DNA of 46,266 nt, from NCBI RefSeq assembly GCF_937873245.1, contig NZ_CALMVY010000114.1; one strand, given 5' to 3'. This stretch comes from an uncultured Arthrobacter sp. (GTDB taxonomy: Bacteria > Actinomycetota > Actinomycetes > Actinomycetales > Micrococcaceae). Every line of letters begins with the position of its first letter. Position 1 is the first letter of the stretch. The position numbers and the translations under genes are program-made. The notes beneath the pieces are model-generated. The model was not told the DNA's origin and did not search any database. It worked only from the letters and a program-made list of their open reading frames with translations. Positions 37,268-46,266 of the stretch are shown here, one piece after another.

Positions 37268-39657
37268 CCGTCATCCACGAACGGCCCGGCAACCCGGCGG
37301 CCGGCGACGAGGACCGCCCCATCGGCTACGGCCGGATCCAGCGGAAGGAAGATCCGCGGTTTGTCCGCGGCAAAGGCAACTACCTGGACGACATTGTCCT
37401 GCCCGGCATGCTGCACGGTGCCATCCTCCGCGCCCCCGTGGCGCACGCCCGGCTGGTCTCCATCGACACCACCAACGCCCTCGCCCACCCCAAGGTCCTG
37501 GCCGTCATCACCGGCAAGGACCTGCTCGGACTCAAGCTGGCGTGGGCCCCCACCCTTTCCGCGGATGTCCAGGCGGTCCTCGTGACGGACAAGGTCCGTT
37601 TCCAGGGCCAGGAGGTCGCGTTCGTCGTGGCCGAGGACCGCTACGCCGCCCGCGACGCGCTGGAACTGATCGACGTCGAATACGACGTCCTGCCGCCGGT
37701 CATCGACGCCCGGAAAGCGCTCGACGCCGATGCCCCCGTGATCCGCGACGAGATCGAGGGCCGGACGGACAACCACATCTTCGACTGGGACATGGGCGAC
37801 AAGGCCGAAACGGAGGCCGTGTTCGCGAGCGCCGACGTCGTCGTCTCGCAGGAGATGGTGTACCCGCGTGTGCACCCGGCCCCGATGGAGACGTGCGGCG
37901 CGATTGCCGACTTCGACGCCGTCGACGGCAAACTGACCCTCTACGAAACCACCCAGGCCCCGCACGCCCACCGCACCCTGTTCGCGATCGTCGCCGGGAT
38001 CCCGGAGCACAAGATCCGCGTGGTGTCCCCGGACATCGGCGGCGGTTTCGGCAACAAGGTGGGCATCTACCCCGGCTACATCCTCGCCGTCGTCGGCTCG
38101 ATCGTCACCGGCCGGCCGGTGAAATGGGTGGAGGACCGCTCGGAAAACCTGATGTCCACCTCCTTCGCCCGGGACTACATCATGCAGGGCGAAATCGCGG
38201 CCACGAAGGACGGCAAGATCCTCGCGCTGCGCACCAACGTCCTGGCCGACCACGGCGCGTTCAACGCCACCGCACAGCCCACCAAGAACCCCGCCGGCTT
38301 CTTCTCCATCTTCACGGGCAGCTATGACCTGAAGGCCGCCTACTGCAGTGTCACCGGTGTCTACACGAACAAGGCACCGGGCGGCGTCGCCTACGCCTGT
38401 TCCTTCCGCGTCACCGAGGCCGTGTACCTCGTCGAGCGGATGGTGGACATCCTCGCCCGCAAGCTGGAGATGGACCCGGCGGAACTGCGGCTGAAGAACT
38501 TCATCAAGCCCGAACAGTTCCCCTACGCCAACAAGACCGGCTGGGTGTACGACTCCGGGAACTACGAACCCGCCATGCGGCTGTCCATGGAGCTCGCCGG
38601 CTACGAGGAGCTCCGCCGCGAGCAGCAGGAGAAGCGGGAGCGCGGCGAACTGATGGGGATCGGCGTCTCCTTCTTCACCGAGACGGTGGGCGCGGGCCCG
38701 CGCAAGCACTTCGACATTGTGGGCCTCGGCATGGCGGACGGCGCCGAGCTGCGGGTCCATCCCACCGGCAAGGCCGTGGTCCGGCTTTCGGTGCAAAGCC
38801 AGGGGCAGGGCCACGAGACCACCTTCGCGCAGATCGTCGCCGAGGAACTCGGCATCCCCCCGGAGGACATCGACGTCGTCCACGGCGACACCGACCAGAC
38901 GCCGTTCGGCCTCGGCACGTACGGGAGCCGTTCGACGCCGGTGAGCGGCGCCGCCGTCGCCCTCGTCGCCCGCAAGGTGCGGGAGAAGGCGAAGCTGATC
39001 GCCGCGGCCATGCTGGAGACCAGGGCGGACGACCTCGAGTGGGAGAAGGGCCGCTGGTACGTCAAGGGCGATCCCAGCGCCGGAAAGACCATCTCTGAAA
39101 TCGCCATGGCCGCCCATGGCACCATGACGCTCCCCGAAGGGGTCGACGGCAACCTCGACGCCGAGGTCACCTACGACCCGCCGAACCTCACGTTCCCCTT
39201 CGGTGCCTACATCTGCGTGGTCGACGTCGATCCGGGCACCGGGCACGTCAAGGTGCGCCGCTTCATCGCGGTGGACGACTGCGGCACCCGGATCAACCCG
39301 ATGATCATCGAGGGCCAGGTGCACGGCGGCCTGACCGACGGCGTCGGGATGGCCCTGATGGAGATCATCGAATTCGACGCCGACGGCAACTGCCTGGGCG
39401 GGTCGTTCATGGACTACCTGATCCCCACAGCGATGGAGGTGCCGGACTGGGAGACCGGCTTCACCGTGACTCCGTCCCCGCACCACCCCATCGGCGCGAA
39501 GGGCATCGGCGAATCCGCCACAGTCGGGTCGCCGCCGGCAATTGTGAACGCCGTCGTCGACGCGCTGGCACCCTATGGCGTGGTCCACATGGACATGCCC
39601 TGCACCCCGGCCCGGGTCTGGGCCGCCATGCAGGGCCGGGCAAGGCCGCCGATCTGA
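37264..39657 (+). CDS. coxL: Aerobic CO dehydrogenase large (Mo-Cu) subunit, form I
   Basis: Form I active-site motif AYACSFR, GGGFGNK, QGQGHET, GTYGSRST, GAKGIGE; M-S-L gene order. Confidence 0.96.
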   Translation: MTVIHERPGNPAAGDEDRPIGYGRIQRKEDPRFVRGKGNYLDDIVLPGMLHGAILRAPVAHARLVSIDTTNALAHPKVLAVITGKDLLGLKLAWAPTLSADVQAVLVTDKVRFQGQEVAFVVAEDRYAARDALELIDVEYDVLPPVIDARKALDADAPVIRDEIEGRTDNHIFDWDMGDKAETEAVFASADVVVSQEMVYPRVHPAPMETCGAIADFDAVDGKLTLYETTQAPHAHRTLFAIVAGIPEHKIRVVSPDIGGGFGNKVGIYPGYILAVVGSIVTGRPVKWVEDRSENLMSTSFARDYIMQGEIAATKDGKILALRTNVLADHGAFNATAQPTKNPAGFFSIFTGSYDLKAAYCSVTGVYTNKAPGGVAYACSFRVTEAVYLVERMVDILARKLEMDPAELRLKNFIKPEQFPYANKTGWVYDSGNYEPAMRLSMELAGYEELRREQQEKRERGELMGIGVSFFTETVGAGPRKHFDIVGLGMADGAELRVHPTGKAVVRLSVQSQGQGHETTFAQIVAEELGIPPEDIDVVHGDTDQTPFGLGTYGSRSTPVSGAAVALVARKVREKAKLIAAAMLETRADDLEWEKGRWYVKGDPSAGKTISEIAMAAHGTMTLPEGVDGNLDAEVTYDPPNLTFPFGAYICVVDVDPGTGHVKVRRFIAVDDCGTRINPMIIEGQVHGGLTDGVGMALMEIIEFDADGNCLGGSFMDYLIPTAMEVPDWETGFTVTPSPHHPIGAKGIGESATVGSPPAIVNAVVDALAPYGVVHMDMPCTPARVWAAMQGRARPPI

Positions 39658-39658
39658 C

Positions 39659-40576
39659 ATGACACCGATTCAAGATTCCCTCGCGGCCCGGGCGAATGAC
39701 CTCGCCTCCCGCCGTGAGCCGTTCGTGCACGCCACGGTGGTCCGGGCGCAGCGTCCCACCAGCGCCCACGCCGGGGATACAGCCCTCGTGATGCCCGGCG
39801 GCGACATCCAGGGCTTCGTCGGCGGCAACTGCGTCGAGTCCTCGGTGCGGGAGTACAGCCTGCAGGTCCTGGCGTCCGGGGAACCCCTGCTGCTGCGCGT
39901 CGTCCCCGGCGAACCCTCCCGCACCGCGGAGGAAGGCGCCGTCGAGGTCTCCAACCCCTGCCTGAGCGGCGGGGCCATCGAGATCTTCCTCCAGCCGCGC
40001 ATCCCCGCTCCCCGGGTGCTGGTGGTCGGCACCACCCCCGTGGCGCAGGCCCTGGCGACCCTCGGCGCCGGCGTCGGCCTGGCTGTGGAACTCATCGACG
40101 GCGAATCCGCCCGTCCGCAGCCCGGGGATGCGGCGCTGATCGTGGCCTCGCACGGCAAAGCCGAGGAAACCGCCCTCGAGGCGGCCCTGCGCGCCGGTGT
40201 CCCGTATGTCGCGCTGGTGGCCAGCGGGACGCGGGGCGCGGCCGTGCTGGAGTCGCTCGACGTCGACCCGGCGCAGCGCTCGCGGGTCTTCACTCCGGCC
40301 GGGCTGGAGCTGGGCGCCCGCACCGCCGGCGAAATCGCGCTGTCAATCCTGGCCCAGCTCATCCAGGAGCGGGCAAAGTCACGGCAGACGGCCCCGGCCC
40401 CGGCGCCCGCGGCGCAACCCGCGGCGACGGCGATCGACCCCGTCTGCGGCATGACCGTCCCCGCAGCGGCATCCTCGCTGCAGCTCGAACACAACGGTGT
40501 CACCGTGTACTTCTGCTCGCCCGGCTGCCGTGCTGCCTTCCGCAAAGATCCGGAGCGCTATGCCCTCACCCTCTGA
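39659..40576 (+). CDS. XdhC/CoxF-type maturation protein with C-terminal YHS domain
   Basis: GFVGGNCVE, NPCLSGG, GLELGART.GEIALSI; C-terminal IDPVCGMTV...YFCSPGCRAAF. Confidence 0.85.
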   Translation: MTPIQDSLAARANDLASRREPFVHATVVRAQRPTSAHAGDTALVMPGGDIQGFVGGNCVESSVREYSLQVLASGEPLLLRVVPGEPSRTAEEGAVEVSNPCLSGGAIEIFLQPRIPAPRVLVVGTTPVAQALATLGAGVGLAVELIDGESARPQPGDAALIVASHGKAEETALEAALRAGVPYVALVASGTRGAAVLESLDVDPAQRSRVFTPAGLELGARTAGEIALSILAQLIQERAKSRQTAPAPAPAAQPAATAIDPVCGMTVPAAASSLQLEHNGVTVYFCSPGCRAAFRKDPERYALTL

Positions 40577-41210
40577 ACCCACCCCCGCACAGCACCGGAC
40601 GGCGGGGCTGATCCTTGCGGCCGGGGCCTCCCGCCGGCTCGGCCGGCCCAAGCAGCTCCTCCCCTACGGCCGGGGCGTGCTCCTCGACGCCGTGCTGGCG
40701 ACCGCCCGCGACTGCGGCTTCGACCAGACCGTGCTGGCCCTGGGCGGCGCGGCCGAAGAAGTCCAGCGCACCGTCGATACCACCGGCTGTGACATCGCGC
40801 TCAACCCGGACTTCGGTGAAGGCTGTTCCTCCTCGATCGCCGCCGGCATCGCTGCGCTCCACCCGGACACGGACGCCGTCGTCCTGCTGCTCGGGGACCA
40901 GCCGGAGGTCCGGGCGGCCACCGCACGGGCACTGCCGGAGCTCCTGTTCGCTTCCGCGGCAGGCAGCGGCCACGGCGCCGCCGCCATCGCCGTCTGCCGC
41001 TACGACGACGGCGTCGGCCACCCCCTGGCATTCACCCGGCGGATGTTCCCGGAGCTGGCCGCCCTGCACGGCGACAAGGCGGTCTGGAGGCTGCTGGAGC
41101 AGCAGGCCGGTGACGTCGTCGAACTCCCGGTGCCGGGAACGGTTCCCCTGGACGTCGACACGGACGAGGACTACCGCCGCGTCCTGGCCGGACTGGAGGG
41201 TGCACAGTGA
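40560..41210 (+). CDS. Molybdenum cofactor cytidylyltransferase (MocA-like)
   Basis: LILAAGASRRLGRPKQLL, LGDQP, GHP, GDKA, DVDTDEDY; located in an MCD-enzyme cluster. Confidence 0.85.
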   Translation: MPSPSEPTPAQHRTAGLILAAGASRRLGRPKQLLPYGRGVLLDAVLATARDCGFDQTVLALGGAAEEVQRTVDTTGCDIALNPDFGEGCSSSIAAGIAALHPDTDAVVLLLGDQPEVRAATARALPELLFASAAGSGHGAAAIAVCRYDDGVGHPLAFTRRMFPELAALHGDKAVWRLLEQQAGDVVELPVPGTVPLDVDTDEDYRRVLAGLEGAQ

Positions 41211-42130
41211 GCACCGCGGCGCGCACCGGCGCGGAGGAGGACGTCCAGCGGCGGATTCCCGACGTCGAGTCCCTGGTCTCTGCGCTGGACAGCAACGACT
41301 ACCTTGCCGACGTCGGACTGGCCACGGCGCTGTTCCTGGCCGTCCGGCTGCCGCAGCCCATCCTGCTTGAAGGCGAGGCCGGTGTGGGCAAGACCGAGGC
41401 GGCGAAGGCCCTGGCCGACCTGCTGGACACGCCCCTGTACAGGCTGCAGTGCTACGAGGGGATCGACGCCGGCGAGGCCCTCTATGAGTGGAACCACCAG
41501 CGGCAGCTGCTTGGGATCCGGCTGGCGGAAGTCCGGGACGCCGGGGTCACCGAGACGGACCTCTTCGGCCCGGAGTACCTGCTGCGCCGGCCTCTGCTGC
41601 AGGCAATCGAGCATCCCGGTCCGCGTCCCGCCGTCCTCCTGCTGGATGAGATCGACCGTGCCGACGCGGAGTTCGAGGCCTTCACCTTCGAACTGCTCGC
41701 CGAGGCCGCGGTCACCATCCCGGAACTGGGCACCATCCGCGCCACCCACCCCCCGATCGTCATCCTGACGTCCAACCGGACGAGGGACCTGCACGACGCC
41801 CTGACCAGGCGCTGCCTGTACCACTGGATCGACTACCCCGGGCCGGAACGGATCGCCGAAATCGTGCGCCGCCGGGTGCCGGCCAGCAGCGGCCCGCTGG
41901 CGCTGCAGGCTGCTGCGGTGATCACGAAACTGCGCACCCTGGACCTCGCCAAACCGCCGGGGATTTCAGAGGCCATCGACTGGGTGTCGGCGCTCGCCGT
42001 GCTGGGCATCGGCCGCATCGACGCCACGACGGCGGACCGGACTCTCGGCTCGATCGTCAAGAACCGCGACGACCTGGAACTGGTCGGCGCGCGCGGGGCC
42101 GACTGGCTCGTGGCCGGCACGGGCGGGTGA
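41207..42130 (+). CDS. coxD: MoxR-type AAA+ ATPase
   Basis: LEGEAGVGKT, LQCYEG, LLLDEIDR, TSNRTR..HDALTRRC. Confidence 0.88.
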   Translation: MSTAARTGAEEDVQRRIPDVESLVSALDSNDYLADVGLATALFLAVRLPQPILLEGEAGVGKTEAAKALADLLDTPLYRLQCYEGIDAGEALYEWNHQRQLLGIRLAEVRDAGVTETDLFGPEYLLRRPLLQAIEHPGPRPAVLLLDEIDRADAEFEAFTFELLAEAAVTIPELGTIRATHPPIVILTSNRTRDLHDALTRRCLYHWIDYPGPERIAEIVRRRVPASSGPLALQAAAVITKLRTLDLAKPPGISEAIDWVSALAVLGIGRIDATTADRTLGSIVKNRDDLELVGARGADWLVAGTGG

Positions 42131-42137
42131 GCCGCTG

Positions 42138-43403
42138 ATGGCTGGGACCATGCACACCACGGCAGCGTCACTGCCCGCGGTGGAGGCAGCCACCTTGTCC
42201 GCGGCGTTTGTCACCGCCCTGCGCCGGGCCGGGCTGTCCTGTTCTCCGGACCGGGCAGTCCGCCTCGCCGAGGCCCTCCGCCTGGTCCCGCCCTCCGACG
42301 CCGGGAAGCTCTACTGGGCGTCCCGCGTGGTGCTGGTGTCCGCGCGGGAGCAGCTGCCGGTGTTCGACGCCGTCTTCTCCGCGGTATTCCGCGGCGGCTT
42401 CGACCCCCCCGGCGCGGCCCGCCACGCCGCGGTTCCGGCCGCTTCACCGTCCGGTGTCCCCGAGGAGGCCCGCACCCGTCCTTCCCCGGCTGAGGACCGC
42501 GCCACCGGACGCGCGCCGGTCCACCCGCGGACGGCGCCGGCGATTGCCTCCGCGGGACCGGACAGCACCGGCGACCGCGACGGCCCGGAACGGGAGGCGG
42601 TGCTGGCCATGGCCTCCATCGCAGAGCGGCTGCACAGTATGTCGTTCGACCACCTCACCGAGGCGGAAGTCCTGGAGATCCGGCGGCTGGCATCCCGGCT
42701 GCTGCTCGCCACGCCTTCGCGGTTGAGCCGCCGCACCCGTAAATCGGCCCACAGCAGCGCCCGGCTGGACGTCCGCGCGACGGTCCGCGCCGCCCGCCGC
42801 TCGGGCGCCGACACCACCCGGCTGCTGTATGCCCGCCGCCGCGAGCAGCGCCGCAAGCTGGTGATGCTGTGCGATGTTTCCGGTTCCATGGAACCGTACG
42901 CGCGGATCTTCGTCTCGCTGCTGCAGGGTGCGGTGGCGACGGCCGGCGCAGAAGCGTTCGTCTTTTCCACCCGGCTGACGCGCCTGACCCGGCAACTGGC
43001 GCTGCGCGATCCGGACGAGGCCCTGGCCCGTGCTGCCGTGGCCGCCCCGGACTGGGCCGGCGGTACCCGGATCGCCGACAGCATCCGGCACTTCGTCGAC
43101 GAACACGGCCGCCGCGGCCTGGCCCGGGGTGCGGTGGTGGTGGTTTTCTCGGACGGCTGGGCCCAGGAGGACCCCGTGCAGGTGGCGGCCCAGATGGCGC
43201 GGTTGCGGCGTCTGGCCCACCGGATCATCTGGGTCAATCCCCGCAAGGCCGCCCCGGATTACCGGCCGCTGGCCGGCGGCATGGCCGCGGCCCTGCCGTA
43301 CTGCGACGCTTTCGTCAGCGGACACAGCTACACGGCTTTGGCAGAGGTGGCGGCCGCAATCCGCGGCGACGGCCAGTCATCACTCAAGGGAAGAGGAAAC
43401 TAA
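42138..43403 (+). CDS. coxE: VWA-domain CODH accessory protein
   Basis: DVSGSM MIDAS motif, FSTRLT, WAGGTRI, FSDGW, WVNP. Confidence 0.88.
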   Translation: MAGTMHTTAASLPAVEAATLSAAFVTALRRAGLSCSPDRAVRLAEALRLVPPSDAGKLYWASRVVLVSAREQLPVFDAVFSAVFRGGFDPPGAARHAAVPAASPSGVPEEARTRPSPAEDRATGRAPVHPRTAPAIASAGPDSTGDRDGPEREAVLAMASIAERLHSMSFDHLTEAEVLEIRRLASRLLLATPSRLSRRTRKSAHSSARLDVRATVRAARRSGADTTRLLYARRREQRRKLVMLCDVSGSMEPYARIFVSLLQGAVATAGAEAFVFSTRLTRLTRQLALRDPDEALARAAVAAPDWAGGTRIADSIRHFVDEHGRRGLARGAVVVVFSDGWAQEDPVQVAAQMARLRRLAHRIIWVNPRKAAPDYRPLAGGMAAALPYCDAFVSGHSYTALAEVAAAIRGDGQSSLKGRGN

Positions 43404-44194
43404 TGCAGATAGACAGCACTTTCTCGGTGGTCGCGCCGATCGACACGGTCTGGGAAATCCTCATGGACTTTGAACGCGTGGCCGGCTGCGTCCCCGGCGC
43501 CAGCATCCTGAACAAGCTTTCGGACGATGCCTACCAGGTGGGCATGACCGTGAAGCTCGGCCCGGTCAACATGCAGTACAAAGGGCTGCTCAACGTCGTC
43601 GAGCGCAACGCCGCCGAACACCGCGCCGTGCTCGGCGGCAAGGCCCAGGAAACCCGCGGCCAGGGCACCGCCGAGGCCACGGTGACCCTGCAGCTGACCG
43701 AGGAGGCCGGCGGCACCACCCGCGGCGCCGTCACCGCCGACCTGAAGCTGTCCGGCAAGGCCGCCGCCATGGGCAAGGGCGTCATCGGCAACGTGACCGA
43801 ACAGATGATGGCCCTGTTCGCCAGCAACCTGCAGGCCATGATCACTGCCCCGGGTGGGGCCGGCCGTCCGGAACCGGTGCCCGCGGCGGAGGCTGCGGCG
43901 TCGAAAGTCGCCGCCGCGACGGCACCGGCACCGGCGTCGGAGCTTGCCGGCGTACCGGCGGGCACCGTGCCCGCGGGGCCCTCACAGGCTTCCGCGCCTG
44001 CCCCGGCGTCCGCCCCCGCCGGCAGCCTGGACGCCCTCAGCCTCGCGAAAGGGATCGCAGCGGAGCAGCTGTCCAGCCCGGGGAAGGTCCTGGCCCTCGT
44101 GGCCGTGGTGGCGTGCATCTCGTACTGGGCGGGCCGGCGTTCGGCATTCCGGCTGATCCGGGCGATCGGAAGGTTGAAGACCGACCGTGCGTGA
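43403..44194 (+). CDS. coxG: SRPBCC/CoxG protein with Pro/Ala linker and C-terminal membrane anchor
   Basis: ATG 43403 overlaps the coxE TAA; W..L.D.ERVAGCVPGA, VKLGP, LSGKAAAMG; C-terminal VLALVAVVACISYWAG. Confidence 0.85.
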   Translation: MQIDSTFSVVAPIDTVWEILMDFERVAGCVPGASILNKLSDDAYQVGMTVKLGPVNMQYKGLLNVVERNAAEHRAVLGGKAQETRGQGTAEATVTLQLTEEAGGTTRGAVTADLKLSGKAAAMGKGVIGNVTEQMMALFASNLQAMITAPGGAGRPEPVPAAEAAASKVAAATAPAPASELAGVPAGTVPAGPSQASAPAPASAPAGSLDALSLAKGIAAEQLSSPGKVLALVAVVACISYWAGRRSAFRLIRAIGRLKTDRA

Positions 44195-45314
44195 CGTCCT
44201 GGCAGCCCTGATGCCCGGCTGGCGGGAAGGTGACACCGCCGGCTTGGCCACCGTGGTGAGCACCTTCAAGTCGGCCCCGCGGCTCCCGGGCGCGTCCATG
44301 CTCGTGACCGCCGACGGCGCGGCGGTCGGTTCGGTCTCCGGCGGCTGCGTCGAGGGTGCCGTGTACCAGCTGGCCACGCAGGTCAAGGAGGATGGCACCC
44401 CCGTGCTGGTGCGCTACGGGATCAGCGACGACGACGCGTTCGCCGTCGGCCTGACCTGCGGGGGCATCATCGACATCTTCGTCGAGCCGGTTTCCCGGCA
44501 AAGCTTCGCCGAACTCGACGCCGTCAGGGCGGACATCGCCGGCGGGCGCCGCGTCGGGGTCGCCACCGTGATCGAACACCCCGAGAGCAGCTGGCTGGGC
44601 CGGCACCTGATCGTGCGGCCGGACGGCTTCGAGGGCAACCTCGGCTCCGGGCGGGCCAACCACGCAGTCGGCGATGACACCCAGGGCCTCCTCGCCGCCG
44701 GCCGCTCGGGCATCCTGAGCTACGGCCCCGACGGCGAGCGCCTGGACGCCGGGATGCGTGTCTTCTTCGCAAGTTACGCCCCGCCGCCGCGGATGCTGGT
44801 CTTCGGCGCCATCGACTTCGCCTCGGCGCTGGCCCGCTTGGGTACCTTCCTGGGCTACCGCGTCACGGTGTGCGACGCCCGGGCAATTTTCGCGACACCC
44901 GAACGTTTCCCCGACGCGGCCGAGGTGGTCAACGCCTGGCCGCACCGCTATCTTGCCGGGCAGCTGGAACAGGGCCTGGTGGACGAGCGCACCGTGATGT
45001 GCGTCCTCACCCACGATCCGAAGTTCGATATTCCGCTGCTGGAGGTTGCGCTGCGCGGCCGGCCGATCGCGTTTATCGGCGCCATGGGTTCGCGCCGGAC
45101 CCATGCGGACCGGGTCGCCAGGCTTCGCGAGGCCGGCCTGGGCGAGGAAGAGCTGTCGCGGCTGCACAGCCCGGTGGGCCTTGACCTTGGTGCGCGGACC
45201 CCCGAGGAGACAGCAGTGTCCATCGCTGCGGAGTTCATCGCCAAGCAGTGGAGCGGAAGCGGGGAACCGCTGCGGGGCCTCGGCGAGCGCATCCACCACG
45301 ACGAGCAGCACTGA
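44187..45314 (+). CDS. XdhC/CoxI family protein
   Basis: SAPRLPGA, GSVSGGCVEG, GLTCGG, FGAIDFA, THDPKFD, GAMGSRR, GLDLGARTPEETA. Confidence 0.9.
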   Translation: MRDVLAALMPGWREGDTAGLATVVSTFKSAPRLPGASMLVTADGAAVGSVSGGCVEGAVYQLATQVKEDGTPVLVRYGISDDDAFAVGLTCGGIIDIFVEPVSRQSFAELDAVRADIAGGRRVGVATVIEHPESSWLGRHLIVRPDGFEGNLGSGRANHAVGDDTQGLLAAGRSGILSYGPDGERLDAGMRVFFASYAPPPRMLVFGAIDFASALARLGTFLGYRVTVCDARAIFATPERFPDAAEVVNAWPHRYLAGQLEQGLVDERTVMCVLTHDPKFDIPLLEVALRGRPIAFIGAMGSRRTHADRVARLREAGLGEEELSRLHSPVGLDLGARTPEETAVSIAAEFIAKQWSGSGEPLRGLGERIHHDEQH

Positions 45315-45369
45315 CCGGGCACCCGGCAGGGGCACCGCGGCGCGCCGCCGTCGGGCGTAAGCTCGTCCC

Positions 45370-45990
45370 ATGGCGAGATACTTCGATGTTCACCCCGAAA
45401 ACCCCCAGCAGCGCTCCATCAGCCAGGTGGTGGAGATCGTCCGTTCCGGCGGGCTGATCGCGTATCCCACCGATTCCTGTTACGCCCTCGGGGCGCAGAT
45501 CGGGAACAAGGAGGCCCTGGACCGGATCCGGAGCATCCGCCAGCTCGACAGCAAGCATCACTTCACGCTGGTCTGCAAGGACTTCGCCCAGCTGGGCCAG
45601 TTCGTGCAGATCGACAACGATGTGTTCCGCAGCATCAAGGCCGTCACGCCCGGGAGCTACACGTTCATCCTGCCGGCCACCAAGGAAGTTCCCAAGCGGC
45701 TGCTGCACCCGAAGAAGAAGACGGTCGGTGTGCGGATCCCGGACAACAAGGTGGTCCAGGCCTTGCTGGCCGAACTGGGCGAGCCGCTGCTCTCCAGCAC
45801 GCTGTTGCTGCCGGACGAGGAAGAGCCGCTGACGCAGGGCTGGGAGATCAAGGAACGGCTGGAGCACGTGGTGGACGCCGTGGTCGACTCCGGGGACTGC
45901 GGCGCGGAGCCGACAACCGTCATTGACTACTCCGGCGGCACGGCGGAAATCGTCCGGCGCGGCATGGGCGACCCGTCGCGGTTCGAATAG
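45370..45990 (+). CDS. Sua5/YrdC/YciO family protein (YciO-like)
   Basis: HPENPQ, YPTDSCYALG, PGSYTFIL, VGVRIP, LLSST, PTTVID; leaderless (TAAGCT-6 nt-ATG). Confidence 0.9.
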   Translation: MARYFDVHPENPQQRSISQVVEIVRSGGLIAYPTDSCYALGAQIGNKEALDRIRSIRQLDSKHHFTLVCKDFAQLGQFVQIDNDVFRSIKAVTPGSYTFILPATKEVPKRLLHPKKKTVGVRIPDNKVVQALLAELGEPLLSSTLLLPDEEEPLTQGWEIKERLEHVVDAVVDSGDCGAEPTTVIDYSGGTAEIVRRGMGDPSRFE

Positions 45991-46046
45991 GGCAGGAACT
46001 ACGGCGCCAGTTGACGTGAACGGCAGCCGCCGCTGATCGAAAGGAT

Positions 46047-46265
46047 CTACGGCCCGGTGTGCAGGACAGTGCCGCCCAGCTTCGTCTGGATGCGTTTAGG
46101 GTCAGCGCTCGTTACGGTCCAATTCCTGCCGACATTGATTGAGGATTGCCCGATTGGCCTCCACACATCAAGCTGCCACTCCAAAGACGCATCGTTTGAG
46201 TAGACCGCCAAGGATATGTCCTCGCTGCAGCTTCCCGAGGAGGCGGAGTACTTGGCGTGGTTTCT
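46047..46265 (-). CDS. C-terminal part of a hypothetical, possibly secreted protein; continues past the window end
   Basis: Open frame RNHAKYSASSGSC...VGRNWTVT...TKLGGTVLHTGP*; visibly lower GC than the rest of the window. Confidence 0.45.
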   Translation of the reverse strand, partial: RNHAKYSASSGSCSEDISLAVYSNDASLEWQLDVWRPIGQSSINVGRNWTVTSADPKRIQTKLGGTVLHTGP

Positions 46266-46266
46266 T

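Noticed and set aside
37264..39657. Xanthine dehydrogenase or form II CoxL
   Set aside because: AYACSFR motif and M-S-L order indicate form I CODH

Overview
High-GC actinobacterial chromosome segment, most likely Micrococcaceae (Arthrobacter-like; inferred from protein sequences and gene order). Bases 1-21.7 kb are mostly core genes: a partial ABC transporter, tam, a Ski2-like helicase, GNATs, a prolyl aminopeptidase, an MFS transporter, TerC/Alx under a yybP-ykoY riboswitch, uvrB, coaE-GrpB, yigZ, rpsA, an Eis-like GNAT, polA and a PaaI thioesterase, plus a complete IS5-family element inserted in a stop codon. A decayed PiT phosphate-transporter locus (~21.8-22.8 kb) is followed by an accessory-looking stress/trace-gas block: a tandem USP, a beta-CASP nuclease coupled to an erythromycin-esterase-family gene, FadD, TspO with a dienelactone hydrolase, FdhF/YdeP, DUF6457, and a complete form I aerobic CO dehydrogenase cluster (LysR/CutR-like | coxMSL, XdhC-YHS, MocA-like, coxD, coxE, coxG, XdhC). 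Main non-coding signals: (i) DosR/DevR-like palindromes at about -42.5 of the stress-gene promoters, one serving two divergent promoters symmetrically; (ii) a family of nested-palindrome GGACAT repeats (89-bp units plus 34- and 32-bp tandem arrays) in two convergent intergenic regions; (iii) a CutR-type operator, a PafBC/RecA-NDp-like uvrB promoter and many leaderless promoters. All calls come from reading the sequence by eye; no searches were run.
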